A DNA stretch of 64,000 nucleotides from Oscillospiraceae bacterium (GTDB lineage: Bacteria; Bacillota; Clostridia; Oscillospirales; Oscillospiraceae). The notes under the pieces were generated by a model. The model was given only the letters and a program-made list of their open reading frames with translations. It did no database searches and was not told where the DNA came from. The DNA lies in the NCBI GenBank assembly GCA_017555395.1, contig JAFZGL010000132.1, forward strand, positions 7,406 through 71,405. Direction: 5' to 3'. Positions 29,500-39,964 of this stretch are shown here, one piece after another. Every line of letters begins with the position of its first letter. The stretch's first letter is position 1. Made by a program: the position numbers and the translations under genes.

Positions 29500-30351
29500 A
29501 TGGCGACATTCTACAATCAGGCCACGCTGACCTACAACAACACCATCATCAATTCCAACATCACCACAGGTGAACTGGAGGAAGTACTCTCCATCACAAA
29601 GACCGCTGTCCTGGACACCTATACCCAGGGCGACGAGATCACCTACGTGATCAACATCCGAAATACCGGCACCCTCCCCTACAATGACCTCACCGTCACC
29701 GACGATCTGGGCACCTATACGTCCGGCACTCTGACGCTGACGCCCCTGACCTATGCGGCAGGTTCCGCAACCTATTTTGTAAACGGCGTCCTTCAGCCTG
29801 CTCCCGCTGTCACCGCAGGGCCTCCCCTGACCGTCAGCGGCATCAATGTCCCGGCGGGCGGTGTTGCCACCGTACTGTACGCCGCACAGCTGAACCAGTT
29901 CGCTCCTCTGGGGGTGGGCGATACCGTCACCAACACCGCAACCCTCAGCGGAGGAAGCATCACCCCCATTTCCGCAACAGAAACCATCACCGCCGCGGAA
30001 GAAGCCGATCTGACCATTACCAAGTCCCTGAATCCCACCGTGGTAACGGAAAACGGTCAGATCACCTACACCTTTGTGATCCAGAACACAGGCAATACCG
30101 CCGTGATTGCAACTGACAACGCCACCATCACCGACACCTTCGATCCTGTCCTCTCCAACATCGCCGTGACCTTCAACGGTGTCAGCTGGGCAACCCCCAC
30201 CAACTACACCTACAACACAGTCACCGGACAGTTCGCAACCAACGCCGGTCAGATCACCGTCCCCGCCGCCACCTATACTCAGGATCCCACCACCGGTGCC
30301 ACCATCATCCAGCCCGGTGTCAGCATCCTCACCGTCACCGGTACCGTGTAA
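29500..30351 (+). CDS. Thr-rich two-domain DUF11 (TIGR01451-like) protein without signal peptide
   Basis: Two repeats of L(S/T)ITK...(GDE/NGQ)ITY...I.NTG...(V/I)TD; RBS GGAGG. Confidence 0.85.
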   Translation: MATFYNQATLTYNNTIINSNITTGELEEVLSITKTAVLDTYTQGDEITYVINIRNTGTLPYNDLTVTDDLGTYTSGTLTLTPLTYAAGSATYFVNGVLQPAPAVTAGPPLTVSGINVPAGGVATVLYAAQLNQFAPLGVGDTVTNTATLSGGSITPISATETITAAEEADLTITKSLNPTVVTENGQITYTFVIQNTGNTAVIATDNATITDTFDPVLSNIAVTFNGVSWATPTNYTYNTVTGQFATNAGQITVPAATYTQDPTTGATIIQPGVSILTVTGTV

Positions 30352-30352
30352 T

Positions 30353-30390
30353 AAAAAACCGGGAGAGGATCATCCTCTCCCGGTCATTTT
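30353..30390. terminator. Bidirectional terminator
   Basis: ACCGGGAGAGGA-TCA-TCCTCTCCCGGT flanked by A and T tracts. Confidence 0.75.
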
Positions 30391-31161
30391 TTATTTCTTT
30401 GCCAGATCTGCGGCAATCAGGCGCTTCATGGCTTCAATGCCCACCTTGATGGCTCCGGTGGTGTCCTCGGTCATCTGCATGAAGAGGCCTGCCTTCTCCC
30501 GTTCCTGGTTCCAGACAGCATGGAAGCAGCTGCCGCAGCGGACATTCAGGGCTGCCGCCACCACAAACAGGGCAGCGGATTCCATCTCGCTGGCCTTGAC
30601 ACCCAGACGCTTCCAGCTTTCCCACTTCTGCAGCAGTTCATAGTAGACGGGGGATTTCTCAGGGCTGTGCTGACCGTAGAAGGAGTCTTTGCACTGAACC
30701 ACACCCACATGGGTACGGTAACCCAGATCCTCAGAGGCTGCCTTCAGAGCTGCCGTAACATCAAAATCCGCCACAGCGGGGAATTCAATGGGGGCATATT
30801 CCATGGAAGTATGCTCAAACCGGATAGCACCGGAGGCAACCACCACATCGCCGGGGCACACATCCATGTGGATGCCACCGCAGGTGCCGATGCGGACAAA
30901 GGTATCCGCGCCGATGGCAGCCAGTTCTTCCATGGCGATGGAAGCAGAGGGACCGCCGATACCGGTGGAGCAGACGGAGACCTTTTCGCCCAGCAGGGTA
31001 CCGGTATAGATATTGTACTCCCGGTTCATACCGATATGAACGGGATCGTCGAAATAGGACGCGATGGCTTCGCAGCGGCCGGGGTCGCCAGGAAGGAAGA
31101 CATAGCGGCCCACATCGCCCTCTTTGCAATGAATGTGATACTGCATACCGATATCCTGCAT
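30391..31161 (-). CDS. udp: Uridine phosphorylase
   Basis: [28 protein letters not shown] and EMESAA. Confidence 0.93.
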   Translation of the reverse strand: MQDIGMQYHIHCKEGDVGRYVFLPGDPGRCEAIASYFDDPVHIGMNREYNIYTGTLLGEKVSVCSTGIGGPSASIAMEELAAIGADTFVRIGTCGGIHMDVCPGDVVVASGAIRFEHTSMEYAPIEFPAVADFDVTAALKAASEDLGYRTHVGVVQCKDSFYGQHSPEKSPVYYELLQKWESWKRLGVKASEMESAALFVVAAALNVRCGSCFHAVWNQEREKAGLFMQMTEDTTGAIKVGIEAMKRLIAADLAKK

Positions 31162-31240
31162 AACAAGACCTCCTGAACAGTGAGATTTTTTATGAATACA
31201 GTATACCATAATCACAGTTAAATTGCAAGGACAGTTGCCT

Positions 31241-31804
31241 TTACTTCCTCTTCCCTCTGATCCGATCCGGCAAGGTATAAACCCACTTCCGCAGCTGTGG
31301 TGTTCCCTTCCAGATCAGCCTCACACCCAACGCAACACCAATCAGGATCAGAACAAACAGCCATTCCAGATTATAGTTCAGAACAAAGGCCGGCAATCCC
31401 CTTATTATATCTTCCGGCATAATTTTTTCTCCGGATCGCAGAAGTTTTCTCGGCACATAATTCGCAGGAAAAGCACTGCTTATGACCATCATAACAAACA
31501 GGGCAATTGCACTTATCAAAGCATAGAGTTTCAGGATTCTCTGCTTCATGTTCACCGGATACGGTGATTCTGTCTGTGCAGGAGCCCCGGCACTTCGTTC
31601 CCCTTCATAGTTGTCCCGCAGCAGATAATCCGCCGAAATCCCGAACAGGTCACAAATTACAATGATTTTATCCGCATCCGGTTTGGCCGAACCGCTTTCC
31701 CACCGGGATACTGCCTGCCGGGATACACCTGCCCGGTCTGCCAGTTCCTCCTGGCTCCAGCCTCTTGCCTTGCGCATGTTCAAAATCTTTTCTCCCAAGG
31801 TCAT
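31241..31804 (-). CDS. XRE-family HTH regulator with C-terminal TM segments
   Basis: [25 protein letters not shown]; start reset to ATG 31804 (RBS AGGAGGT). Confidence 0.88.
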   Translation of the reverse strand: MTLGEKILNMRKARGWSQEELADRAGVSRQAVSRWESGSAKPDADKIIVICDLFGISADYLLRDNYEGERSAGAPAQTESPYPVNMKQRILKLYALISAIALFVMMVISSAFPANYVPRKLLRSGEKIMPEDIIRGLPAFVLNYNLEWLFVLILIGVALGVRLIWKGTPQLRKWVYTLPDRIRGKRK

Positions 31805-31932
31805 TTTACCACCTCCTGTTGCCGTCATTATACCAGTGTACAAAAAAATCCGCAACCAACCGAATGAAACATTTCCCGCAACCAAACGCAACACAGCAAA
31901 AACCGGGATGCAATGCATCCCGGTTTTATGGT

Positions 31933-33363
31933 TTAAGCGTTGATTTTCTGCTGTTCGAAGTGCTCCTTGGTCAGCTTGATGACCACACCGCTCAGACCCA
32001 GCAGAGCCACCAGGTTGGGGATCGCCATGAAGCCGTTCAGAGTGTCGGCAATGTTCCACACCAGATCCAGCTCCAGGGTGGCACCGATGATGATGACCGC
32101 CACAAACAGGGTCTGGTAAACAGCAACAGTCTTATGGCCGAACAGGAATTCGCAGCAGCGGGTGCCATAGAGAGACCAGCTGAGGATGGTGGACAGAGCA
32201 AACAGGCCAATACCCACAGCTACGATCAGAGAGCCTGCCTTTGCACCAAACACAGTGCTGAAGGAAGCGATGATCAGTTCAGTACCGGCGCTCTGACCCC
32301 AGGTCAGTTCCACACCGGCATGGACACCGCACAGCAGTGTCAGAGCAGTCAGGGTGCAGATAACGATGGTATCCATGAAGACCTCAAAGATACCGTACAG
32401 ACCCTGTCTGACAGGGTCCTTTTCGGAGGTTGCCGCATGGGCCATAGGAGCGGAGCCCAGACCGGCTTCATTGGAGAAGACACCGCGGCCGACACCCTTC
32501 TGGATGGTGGTCATGATGGTAATGCCGAAGGCGCCGCCCAGAGCAGCCTCGGCGCTGAAGGCACCCTTAAAGACCATTGTGAAAATGCTGCCGACTGCCT
32601 CAAAATTGTTGCCGATGACGACCAGGGAGCAGATAATATATATCGCTGCCATCACGGGAACCAGCTTCTCGGTAACGGAGCCGATACGCTTGATGCCGCC
32701 GAAGAGAACCAGCGCGACGATCACAGCCACCAGGAAACCCACAGCAATGCTGGAAACGGGAACGACCTGACCGAACACGGAAACTGTCAGGGCACCGGTG
32801 TTGCCGCCGAAGGCGTCGATGGTTGCATTGAATGTGGAGGCAATGGTATTGACCTGGGTCATATTGCCGATGCCGAAGGCTGCCAGGCAGGCCAGCAGAG
32901 AGAAGGTAACTGCCAGCCAGTTCCACTTCTTACCCAGACCGTTGCGGATATAGTACATGGGGCCGCCCACATAGTCGCCCTTTTCATTGCGTTCACGGTA
33001 CCTGACCGCCAGAACCACCTCAGCATACTTGGTGACCATGCCAAACAGCGCGGAGACCCACATCCAGAACACGGCGCCGGGGCCGCCCACTGCAATGGCA
33101 CCGGTAACACCGGCAATGTTGCCGGTACCGACTGTGGCTGCCAGAGCTGTGGTCAGCGCCTGGAAGGGTGTGACCTCACCGCCGCCTGCGGTCTGCTTCT
33201 GAAACAGCTTGCCGATGGTATTTTTCATGGCATAGCCGAATCTGGTAAACTGAATAAAACCAACTCTTACGCTTAAGTAAACGCCGGTGCCCACCAGAAG
33301 AATCAGCATCCAGGGACCCCAAGCAATTCCATTTAATTTGTTGACAATTTCAGAAAAGGTCAT
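31933..33363 (-). CDS. Sodium:alanine/glycine symporter (AGCS)
   Basis: ATVGTGNIAGV, GGPGAVFWMW, GGPMYYI and RGVFSNEAGLGS. Confidence 0.95.
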   Translation of the reverse strand: MTFSEIVNKLNGIAWGPWMLILLVGTGVYLSVRVGFIQFTRFGYAMKNTIGKLFQKQTAGGGEVTPFQALTTALAATVGTGNIAGVTGAIAVGGPGAVFWMWVSALFGMVTKYAEVVLAVRYRERNEKGDYVGGPMYYIRNGLGKKWNWLAVTFSLLACLAAFGIGNMTQVNTIASTFNATIDAFGGNTGALTVSVFGQVVPVSSIAVGFLVAVIVALVLFGGIKRIGSVTEKLVPVMAAIYIICSLVVIGNNFEAVGSIFTMVFKGAFSAEAALGGAFGITIMTTIQKGVGRGVFSNEAGLGSAPMAHAATSEKDPVRQGLYGIFEVFMDTIVICTLTALTLLCGVHAGVELTWGQSAGTELIIASFSTVFGAKAGSLIVAVGIGLFALSTILSWSLYGTRCCEFLFGHKTVAVYQTLFVAVIIIGATLELDLVWNIADTLNGFMAIPNLVALLGLSGVVIKLTKEHFEQQKINA

Positions 33364-33524
33364 GGTCAAATCGCTCCTTTTGCACGAGTGTTTCACTACT
33401 ATACAGTATAATTGCAAAAAATGCAATTACATTTTGTAACTGTACGGCATACATCTGTATTTCCAACAAAAACAGATATAAAAATCAGGCACGGCCATGG
33501 GCACTGTGCCTGATTTTTTGTGAA

Positions 33525-36500
33525 TCAAAACAGAGAGATCTGACTGGTGTCCGGAAGGTCGCCAAAGGCACCTGCATCCTTCAGCATCTGCATGTGGGTC
33601 TTGGAAACCTTGGGACAGGCCAGGGATACCTCCTCAATGGACAGGAAGTTCTTTCCCTTTCTGCCCTCCATCAGATCCCAGGCTGCACTTTCGCCCAGAC
33701 CGGAGATGGCAACAAATGGCGGAAGAATCTTACCGTCCTTGATGAGGAACTTTGTGGCGTGGCTTTCATAGACGCTGATGGGTGCAAATTCAAATCCCCG
33801 GAGATAGAACTCGTACACCACTTCCAGGGTGGTCAGCAGATCCTCATCCTTGGCGGAGGCATCTTCGTTGTTGTCGATCTCGTCGATGTTGGCAAGGACA
33901 GACTCCAGACCTCCGGTCATGAGTCCTGCGTCAAAGCCGCCCTTCTGGCTCCGGCGGTAGAAATAGGCCGCATAGAATGCCAGAGGGTGATAGACCTTGA
34001 ACCAGGCGATGCGGAAGGCCATCATACAGTAGGCCACCGCGTGAGCCTTGGGGAAGAGGTACTTGATCTTCTTGCAGGAACCGATGTACCAGTCGGGAAC
34101 ACCGGCGGCCACCATCTCCTCCTCCGCGCCGGGAGGCAGACCTTTACCCTTACGGACAGACTCCATGATCTTGAATGCCCGCTTATCAGGCATACCGCAG
34201 GAGATCAGGTAGAGCATGATGTCGTCACGGGCACCGATGGTCTGGTCAACGGTTGCCGTCTTGGAATTGATCAGGTCCTTGGCGTTGCCCAGCCACACGT
34301 CGGTGCCGTGGGTATAACCGCAGATTCGGACCAGAAAATCAAACTTGGTGGGCATGGTATCCAGCAAAACGCCTCTTGTAAACCGGGTATTGAATTCCGG
34401 AACACCCACAGCGCCGGTGGGGCCCAGAATCTTGTCATTTTCATAGCCCAGAATCTTGGAGGACGTAAAGATGGACATGGTGCCCTTGTCATCCAGGGGA
34501 ATGGTCTTGGCATCCACGCCGGTCATATCCTCCATCATGCGGATCATGGTGGGGTCATCATGACCCAGCATATCCAGCTTCAGAAGGTTCTCTTCCATGG
34601 AGTGGTATTCAAAATGGGTGGTGATCTGGTCAGAATTGGGATCATCCGCAGGATGCTGGACAGGGCAGAAATCCCAGATCTCATTCTCCTGAGGGATGAC
34701 AACCAGACCGCCGGGATGCTGACCGGTGGTTCGTCTGACACCGACGCAGCCGGAAGCCAGTCTGGCTTCCTCTGCCCGGTTGGCGGTTTTGCCCCGCTCC
34801 GACAGATACTTCTTGACATAGCCGAAGGCGGTCTTTTCTGCCACGGTACCAATAGTGCCCGCACGGAACACATGGGAAGAACCGAACATGGAAATACAGT
34901 ACTTGTGCGCTTCCGCCTGATATTCACCGGAGAAGTTCAGGTCGATATCCGGTACCTTATCGCCGCCGAAGCCCAGGAAGGTTTCGAAGGGGATGTTGAA
35001 GCCGTCCTTTTCCAGCTGGGTACCGCAGATAGGACAGGGCATATCCGGAAGGTCAGCACCGCAGTTGAATTCCTTATCCACATCCAGAATGGTATGCTTG
35101 CACTCCGGATTGGGGCACCGGTAATGGGGCGGGAAGGAATTAACCTCCGTGATACCGGACATGAATGCAACGATGGAGGAACCGACAGAACCTCGGGAGC
35201 CGACCAGATAACCGTTTTCCAGGGAGTTCTGCACCAGCCGCTGAGCAGACATATAGATCACGTCATAGTGACAGGAGATAATATCGTGAAGCTCTGTTTC
35301 CACACGCTTGACAAAGAGCTCCGGAGGATTCTCGCCATAAAGCCGGTGTAGCTTGCCATAGACCAGATCTTTCAGATCTTCCACGGAATTTTCGATTTTG
35401 GGAGCAAACAGGTTGTGGGGAACGGGACGCATGGTCTCGCACATATCCGCAATCTTGTTGGGATTGGTAATGACCACTTCATAGGCCTTTTCCTCACCCA
35501 GATAGCTGAACTCCTCCAGCATCTCATCCGTGGTGCGGAAGTACAGGGGATTGGGCTTGTCCGCGTCATCAAAACCCTTGGTGGCCAGCAGAATATGCCG
35601 GAACACCTCATCCTCCGGATTCAGGAAATGAACGTCACCGGTGGCAACCACCATCTTGCCCAGTTCCTCACCCAGACGCACAATGGTACGGTTGTAATTT
35701 TTCAGCTCTTCCACATCTTTTGCCATGCCCTTTTCCAGCATGAACATGTTGTTGGACAGAGGCTGGATCTCCAGGAAATCGTAGAAGGAAGCGATGCGCT
35801 TGAGTTCATCGTCGCTCTTCCGGTCCAGAATGGCCTGGAACAGTTCGCCGGCCTCACAGGCGGAGCCGATGATGAGACCTTCCCGCAGTTCCAGCAATTC
35901 CGACTTAGGAATTCTGGGGACACGCTTGAAATGTTTCAGATTGGAATTGGAAATCAGATGATAGAGATTGCGCAGACCAACCTGATTCTTTGCAAACAGG
36001 ATGATATGTCTTGCCTGACGGTCCGTGATGCGGCCGCCGGCCCGGAGCTTCATCATGGCAGGATTGATGGTCTGAAGTGTATGGATATCGTGGTCTTCTT
36101 CCAGTCTGCCCATGAGATTGGCCATGACAAGGCCGCAGGTCATGGCATCGTCCGCCGCCCGGTGGTGATTGAAGTCCGGCAGGCTCAGGGCATTGGCCAC
36201 GATGTTGAGCTTGAATTTGTTCAGCTGGGGCAGCAGATTCTGAGAAAGGATCAGGGTATCCGCTGCGGTAAAGTTGTATTCATAGCCCTGGCGCTCACAC
36301 TCTGCCCGGATGAAACCGGTGTCAAAGTCGGAGTTGTGGGCAACCAGAACCCGGTCTCCCACGAATTCCAGGAATTTGGGGAGCACTTCTTCAATCTTGG
36401 GTGCGCCCTTCAGCATCTCATCGGTGATGCCGGTGAGATCCACAATCTTCCGTTCCAGCGTCCGCTCCGGATCCACAAATGTCTGGAACCGGTCCACCTC

Positions 36501-37841
36501 TTTGCCGTCCTTCAGAATAACAGCGCCGATCTCGATGATCCGGTCATTCCGGGAACTCAGGCCGGTGGTCTCCAGATCAAAGGCCACAAATTCCTGATCG
36601 AAGGTCATATCCTGACTTCCATGGACCACGATCCGGTCATCCACATCATTGACATAGTAACCTTCGCAGCCGTAGAGGATTTTGATGGTCTCGTCGGTAC
36701 CGGCAATCTTGGGCGGACCCTTCCAGCTCTCCACGCAGTGCAGCGCGTCCGTAAAGGACTGGCAGCAGCCGTGGTCTGTAATGGCGATGGCACGGTGTCC
36801 CCAGGCGGCAGCCTGCTTGATGGCAGCTGCAGTAGGGGTCAACGCATCCATGTTGGACATGGTGGTATGCAGATGCAGCTCCACACGTTTTTCGCCGGGA
36901 GCCAGATCCTTGCGCTTGGGCATGGAACCGGGCTGCATGGCATAGGGTTTCAGCACCGTCTCATTTTCAAACCGGTCCTCCGTCAGCTTACCCTGAACCC
37001 GGAGAACAGAACCAGCCTTCACATTTTCCAGGATAGGCTTGGCCTCTCCTGCCTCCATGAACTTGGAGACCCGGATGGAGCCGGTGTTGTCGGTGATGTC
37101 GAACTTGATGACCCAGGCATTGCGCTTTTTCAGTTCCTTGTGGTCTACATTGAAGACTTTGCCTTCCACGATAATGGAGCCCATATCGAGACTCAGATCC
37201 CGCATGGGAACCGCATTGCCCCGGAAAGGCTTTCCGTAGAAAGTATCTCCGGCCTGCTGCGCAGCTTTATCTTCCTTTTTATCCAGCCTGGCAGCTGCCG
37301 TGGGCATGACTTTGATCATCTCACCCCGCAGGGAATCCATGGCGTCAAACAGTGCCTTACCCTCCAGGGTCTGTCCCGCTTCGACAGAGATGGTGACCGG
37401 CGCTGCAAACCGTTCTCTCAGAACTGTCTGAACCTGGGGCAGAAGTTCTTCCAGAGCAGCCTTGCCGTTACCCCGCAGTTTTACCGTCAGGGTACAGCCA
37501 TTCCACTCCCACTTGGCGCCGGCCAGAGTGCCCCGGGTCATGGAATTACGGCTGACAAAGAGGTGCATCAGCTCCGCTTCTTCCATTTTCTGAAGTTCCG
37601 TTTCCGGATGGGCAGCGGTCAGTTCCAATTCCTTCAGGCCGTACAGGCTGCAGACATCCCGGGCCGCCTGATCCAGCAGCCGGGCAGGGATATAGGTTTC
37701 CGAATGCAGCGCCACAGATACCCGGCGGTTTTCCGGATCGATGTCTGCAGCAACAATGGCCGCCTGAGAAAGAGCCATTGCAAGGTCCTCAGGCGGCACA
37801 TAGTCCGGAAACATATTTACAAAATAAACAGCGTGTTCCAT
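33525..37841 (-). CDS. polC: DNA polymerase III PolC
   Basis: OB fold, PHP HLHT, exonuclease FDLETTG, GSRGSVGS, PDIDLNF and KYLFPKAHA. Confidence 0.97.
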   Translation of the reverse strand: MEHAVYFVNMFPDYVPPEDLAMALSQAAIVAADIDPENRRVSVALHSETYIPARLLDQAARDVCSLYGLKELELTAAHPETELQKMEEAELMHLFVSRNSMTRGTLAGAKWEWNGCTLTVKLRGNGKAALEELLPQVQTVLRERFAAPVTISVEAGQTLEGKALFDAMDSLRGEMIKVMPTAAARLDKKEDKAAQQAGDTFYGKPFRGNAVPMRDLSLDMGSIIVEGKVFNVDHKELKKRNAWVIKFDITDNTGSIRVSKFMEAGEAKPILENVKAGSVLRVQGKLTEDRFENETVLKPYAMQPGSMPKRKDLAPGEKRVELHLHTTMSNMDALTPTAAAIKQAAAWGHRAIAITDHGCCQSFTDALHCVESWKGPPKIAGTDETIKILYGCEGYYVNDVDDRIVVHGSQDMTFDQEFVAFDLETTGLSSRNDRIIEIGAVILKDGKEVDRFQTFVDPERTLERKIVDLTGITDEMLKGAPKIEEVLPKFLEFVGDRVLVAHNSDFDTGFIRAECERQGYEYNFTAADTLILSQNLLPQLNKFKLNIVANALSLPDFNHHRAADDAMTCGLVMANLMGRLEEDHDIHTLQTINPAMMKLRAGGRITDRQARHIILFAKNQVGLRNLYHLISNSNLKHFKRVPRIPKSELLELREGLIIGSACEAGELFQAILDRKSDDELKRIASFYDFLEIQPLSNNMFMLEKGMAKDVEELKNYNRTIVRLGEELGKMVVATGDVHFLNPEDEVFRHILLATKGFDDADKPNPLYFRTTDEMLEEFSYLGEEKAYEVVITNPNKIADMCETMRPVPHNLFAPKIENSVEDLKDLVYGKLHRLYGENPPELFVKRVETELHDIISCHYDVIYMSAQRLVQNSLENGYLVGSRGSVGSSIVAFMSGITEVNSFPPHYRCPNPECKHTILDVDKEFNCGADLPDMPCPICGTQLEKDGFNIPFETFLGFGGDKVPDIDLNFSGEYQAEAHKYCISMFGSSHVFRAGTIGTVAEKTAFGYVKKYLSERGKTANRAEEARLASGCVGVRRTTGQHPGGLVVIPQENEIWDFCPVQHPADDPNSDQITTHFEYHSMEENLLKLDMLGHDDPTMIRMMEDMTGVDAKTIPLDDKGTMSIFTSSKILGYENDKILGPTGAVGVPEFNTRFTRGVLLDTMPTKFDFLVRICGYTHGTDVWLGNAKDLINSKTATVDQTIGARDDIMLYLISCGMPDKRAFKIMESVRKGKGLPPGAEEEMVAAGVPDWYIGSCKKIKYLFPKAHAVAYCMMAFRIAWFKVYHPLAFYAAYFYRRSQKGGFDAGLMTGGLESVLANIDEIDNNEDASAKDEDLLTTLEVVYEFYLRGFEFAPISVYESHATKFLIKDGKILPPFVAISGLGESAAWDLMEGRKGKNFLSIEEVSLACPKVSKTHMQMLKDAGAFGDLPDTSQISLF

Positions 37842-37847
37842 AGGTAA

Positions 37848-38885
37848 TTACAGGGATTCGATACGTTTCAGCAGAGCGGGAAGCAGCGCATCGAAGGGCA
37901 GCTTCTCCACCTCCACACCTTTTTCAAAAATCGTGCCCCAGCCATCGCCGCCGGCAATGCCGATGTCAGCTTCCCGGGCTTCACCGGGACCGTTGACGAT
38001 GCAGCCCATAACCGCGACGGTGATGGGTTTCTGGCAGTCACGCAGGGCCTCATCCACCTGGTTCACCAGGCCAATGAGGTCGATCTTGGTTCTGCCGCAG
38101 GTGGGGCAGGAAATGATATTCACACCTTCCTTCCGAAGACCGGCAGCCTTCAGAATATCCTTGGCAGCATAAACCTCCTCCACGGGATCATCCGTCAGGC
38201 TGACCCGGATGGTATCGCCGATGCCGTCCAGCAGCAGGGCGCCGATGCCCATGGCGGACTTCATGAGGCCCTGCTTCACAGGACCGGTTTCGGTAACACC
38301 GATGTGGATGGGATAGTCACAGCGCTCCCGGAACAGCCGGGCAGCTTTTACCATGGTGGGCACCGTGGAGGACTTCATGGACACACAGGTGTCATAGAAT
38401 CCCTGCTTTTCCAGCAGTTCCAGGTGCTGGAAAGCACTTTCCACCAGAGCTTCTGCCGTGGGATGGCCATACTTTTCCAGCAGGCGCTTATCCAGGCTGC
38501 CGCCGTTGACGCCGATACGGATAGGAATATGACGCTCCTTGCACACATCCACAACAGCCTTCACCCGATCCTCACCGCCGATGTTGCCGGGGTTGATTCG
38601 GATCTTGGAAGCACCGCCTTCGGCTGCGGCAATGGCCAGCTTGTAATCAAAATGGATGTCCGCCACCAGAGGCAGAGGGCTTTCCCTGCAGATTTCGGCA
38701 AAGCCTCTGGCACCTTCCATATTGGGAACTGCCAGACGGGCCACCTGACAGCCGGCAGCTGCCAGCTGACGGATCTGCTTCAGGGAAGCCTCCACATCGT
38801 GGGTGGGGGTATTGAGCATGGACTGGATCACCACCGGGGCACCGCCGCCGATGGGAATACCGCCTACGAGAATCTGTCTTGTCAT
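37848..38885 (-). CDS. ispG: HMBPP synthase
   Basis: VIQSM, ADIHF, RINPGN, CPTCGR and MGCIVNGPGE. Confidence 0.96.
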   Translation of the reverse strand: MTRQILVGGIPIGGGAPVVIQSMLNTPTHDVEASLKQIRQLAAAGCQVARLAVPNMEGARGFAEICRESPLPLVADIHFDYKLAIAAAEGGASKIRINPGNIGGEDRVKAVVDVCKERHIPIRIGVNGGSLDKRLLEKYGHPTAEALVESAFQHLELLEKQGFYDTCVSMKSSTVPTMVKAARLFRERCDYPIHIGVTETGPVKQGLMKSAMGIGALLLDGIGDTIRVSLTDDPVEEVYAAKDILKAAGLRKEGVNIISCPTCGRTKIDLIGLVNQVDEALRDCQKPITVAVMGCIVNGPGEAREADIGIAGGDGWGTIFEKGVEVEKLPFDALLPALLKRIESL

Positions 38886-38890
38886 AGTTG

Positions 38891-39952
38891 TTACCTCCTG
38901 AAGAGGAAAATAATGTCTTTAAACATGATAACCGCCATCAGTGCCAGCAGAAGAATCATGCCGGCGCCATGGAGATATCCTTCATACTTGGGATCGATCT
39001 TCTTACGGGTCACCGCTTCCACAGCGGTGGTGATCAGCAGACCCACCACTCTGCCGCCATCCAGGGCGGGAATGGGCAGCAGATTCATCACAGCCAGATT
39101 GATGGCAATGAAGGCACCGAAATACAGAATGTTTAGAATGGCATCAAAGCGGGTCTTGGAGGCTTCTGCCGTTTCTGACATCATCTGAACAATGCCGACA
39201 GGGCCGGACATATCCTGAATACCTGCCTGACCGGAAAGGAGCATTTGCAGGCTAAGCCGCACCATCCGCACCGTATCCAAAGTCTGGGACCAGGCATAGC
39301 GGAGCTTTCCGCCAAAATCCAGTTCCTCAACGGTGAAGTTCATGCCGAACATCATACGCTCCCTGCCGTCTGCCTGAAGTACCGGATGCTTCTCCATGAA
39401 AAAGTCATTGAGAACAACTTTTTCTCCGCCACGCTCCACAACCAGATCATGGATATCGCCGGGATTCATGGAAAGAATCAGTGAAAAGTCGGACTGAACA
39501 TAAATGTTCTCCCCGTCCAGCTTCAGGATCCGGTCACCTTTCTGCAGGCCGTTTTCACCACAGACTGTGGCATACTCCGCAAAGCTGTCTATGACAGGCA
39601 CAACAACAGCCTCTGCCGGCAGATAGACAATGATCATCAGCAGCACACCGGTGATAAAGTTCATGGCAGCACCGGCCACCAGAATAATCAGCCTCTTCCA
39701 CCAGGCCGCTTTATCAAAAGAACGGGGATTTTCACTTCCACCGTCCTCGCCCTCCATGGCGCAGTAGCCGCCGATGGGGATGGTGCGGATGGCATAGAGG
39801 GTCTCCCCCATCTGCTTCTTCCAGATGGCAGGGCCCATGAACAGTGAAAATTCATTGACCTGGACACCCGACAGTTTGGCAGCCGCAAAATGGCCCAGTT
39901 CGTGTAAAAAAATCAGAATACTGAACAGGAGAATTGCAAAAAGAATGCTCAT
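38891..39952 (-). CDS. rseP: RIP metalloprotease with PDZ domain
   Basis: HELGH and NLLPIPALDGG. Confidence 0.93.
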   Translation of the reverse strand: MSILFAILLFSILIFLHELGHFAAAKLSGVQVNEFSLFMGPAIWKKQMGETLYAIRTIPIGGYCAMEGEDGGSENPRSFDKAAWWKRLIILVAGAAMNFITGVLLMIIVYLPAEAVVVPVIDSFAEYATVCGENGLQKGDRILKLDGENIYVQSDFSLILSMNPGDIHDLVVERGGEKVVLNDFFMEKHPVLQADGRERMMFGMNFTVEELDFGGKLRYAWSQTLDTVRMVRLSLQMLLSGQAGIQDMSGPVGIVQMMSETAEASKTRFDAILNILYFGAFIAINLAVMNLLPIPALDGGRVVGLLITTAVEAVTRKKIDPKYEGYLHGAGMILLLALMAVIMFKDIIFLFRR

Positions 39953-39964
39953 AGAATGCCTTTC

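Noticed and set aside
33525-37841. Possible intein or insertion in PolC
   Set aside because: 1438 aa with normal domain order and no splicing motifs seen.
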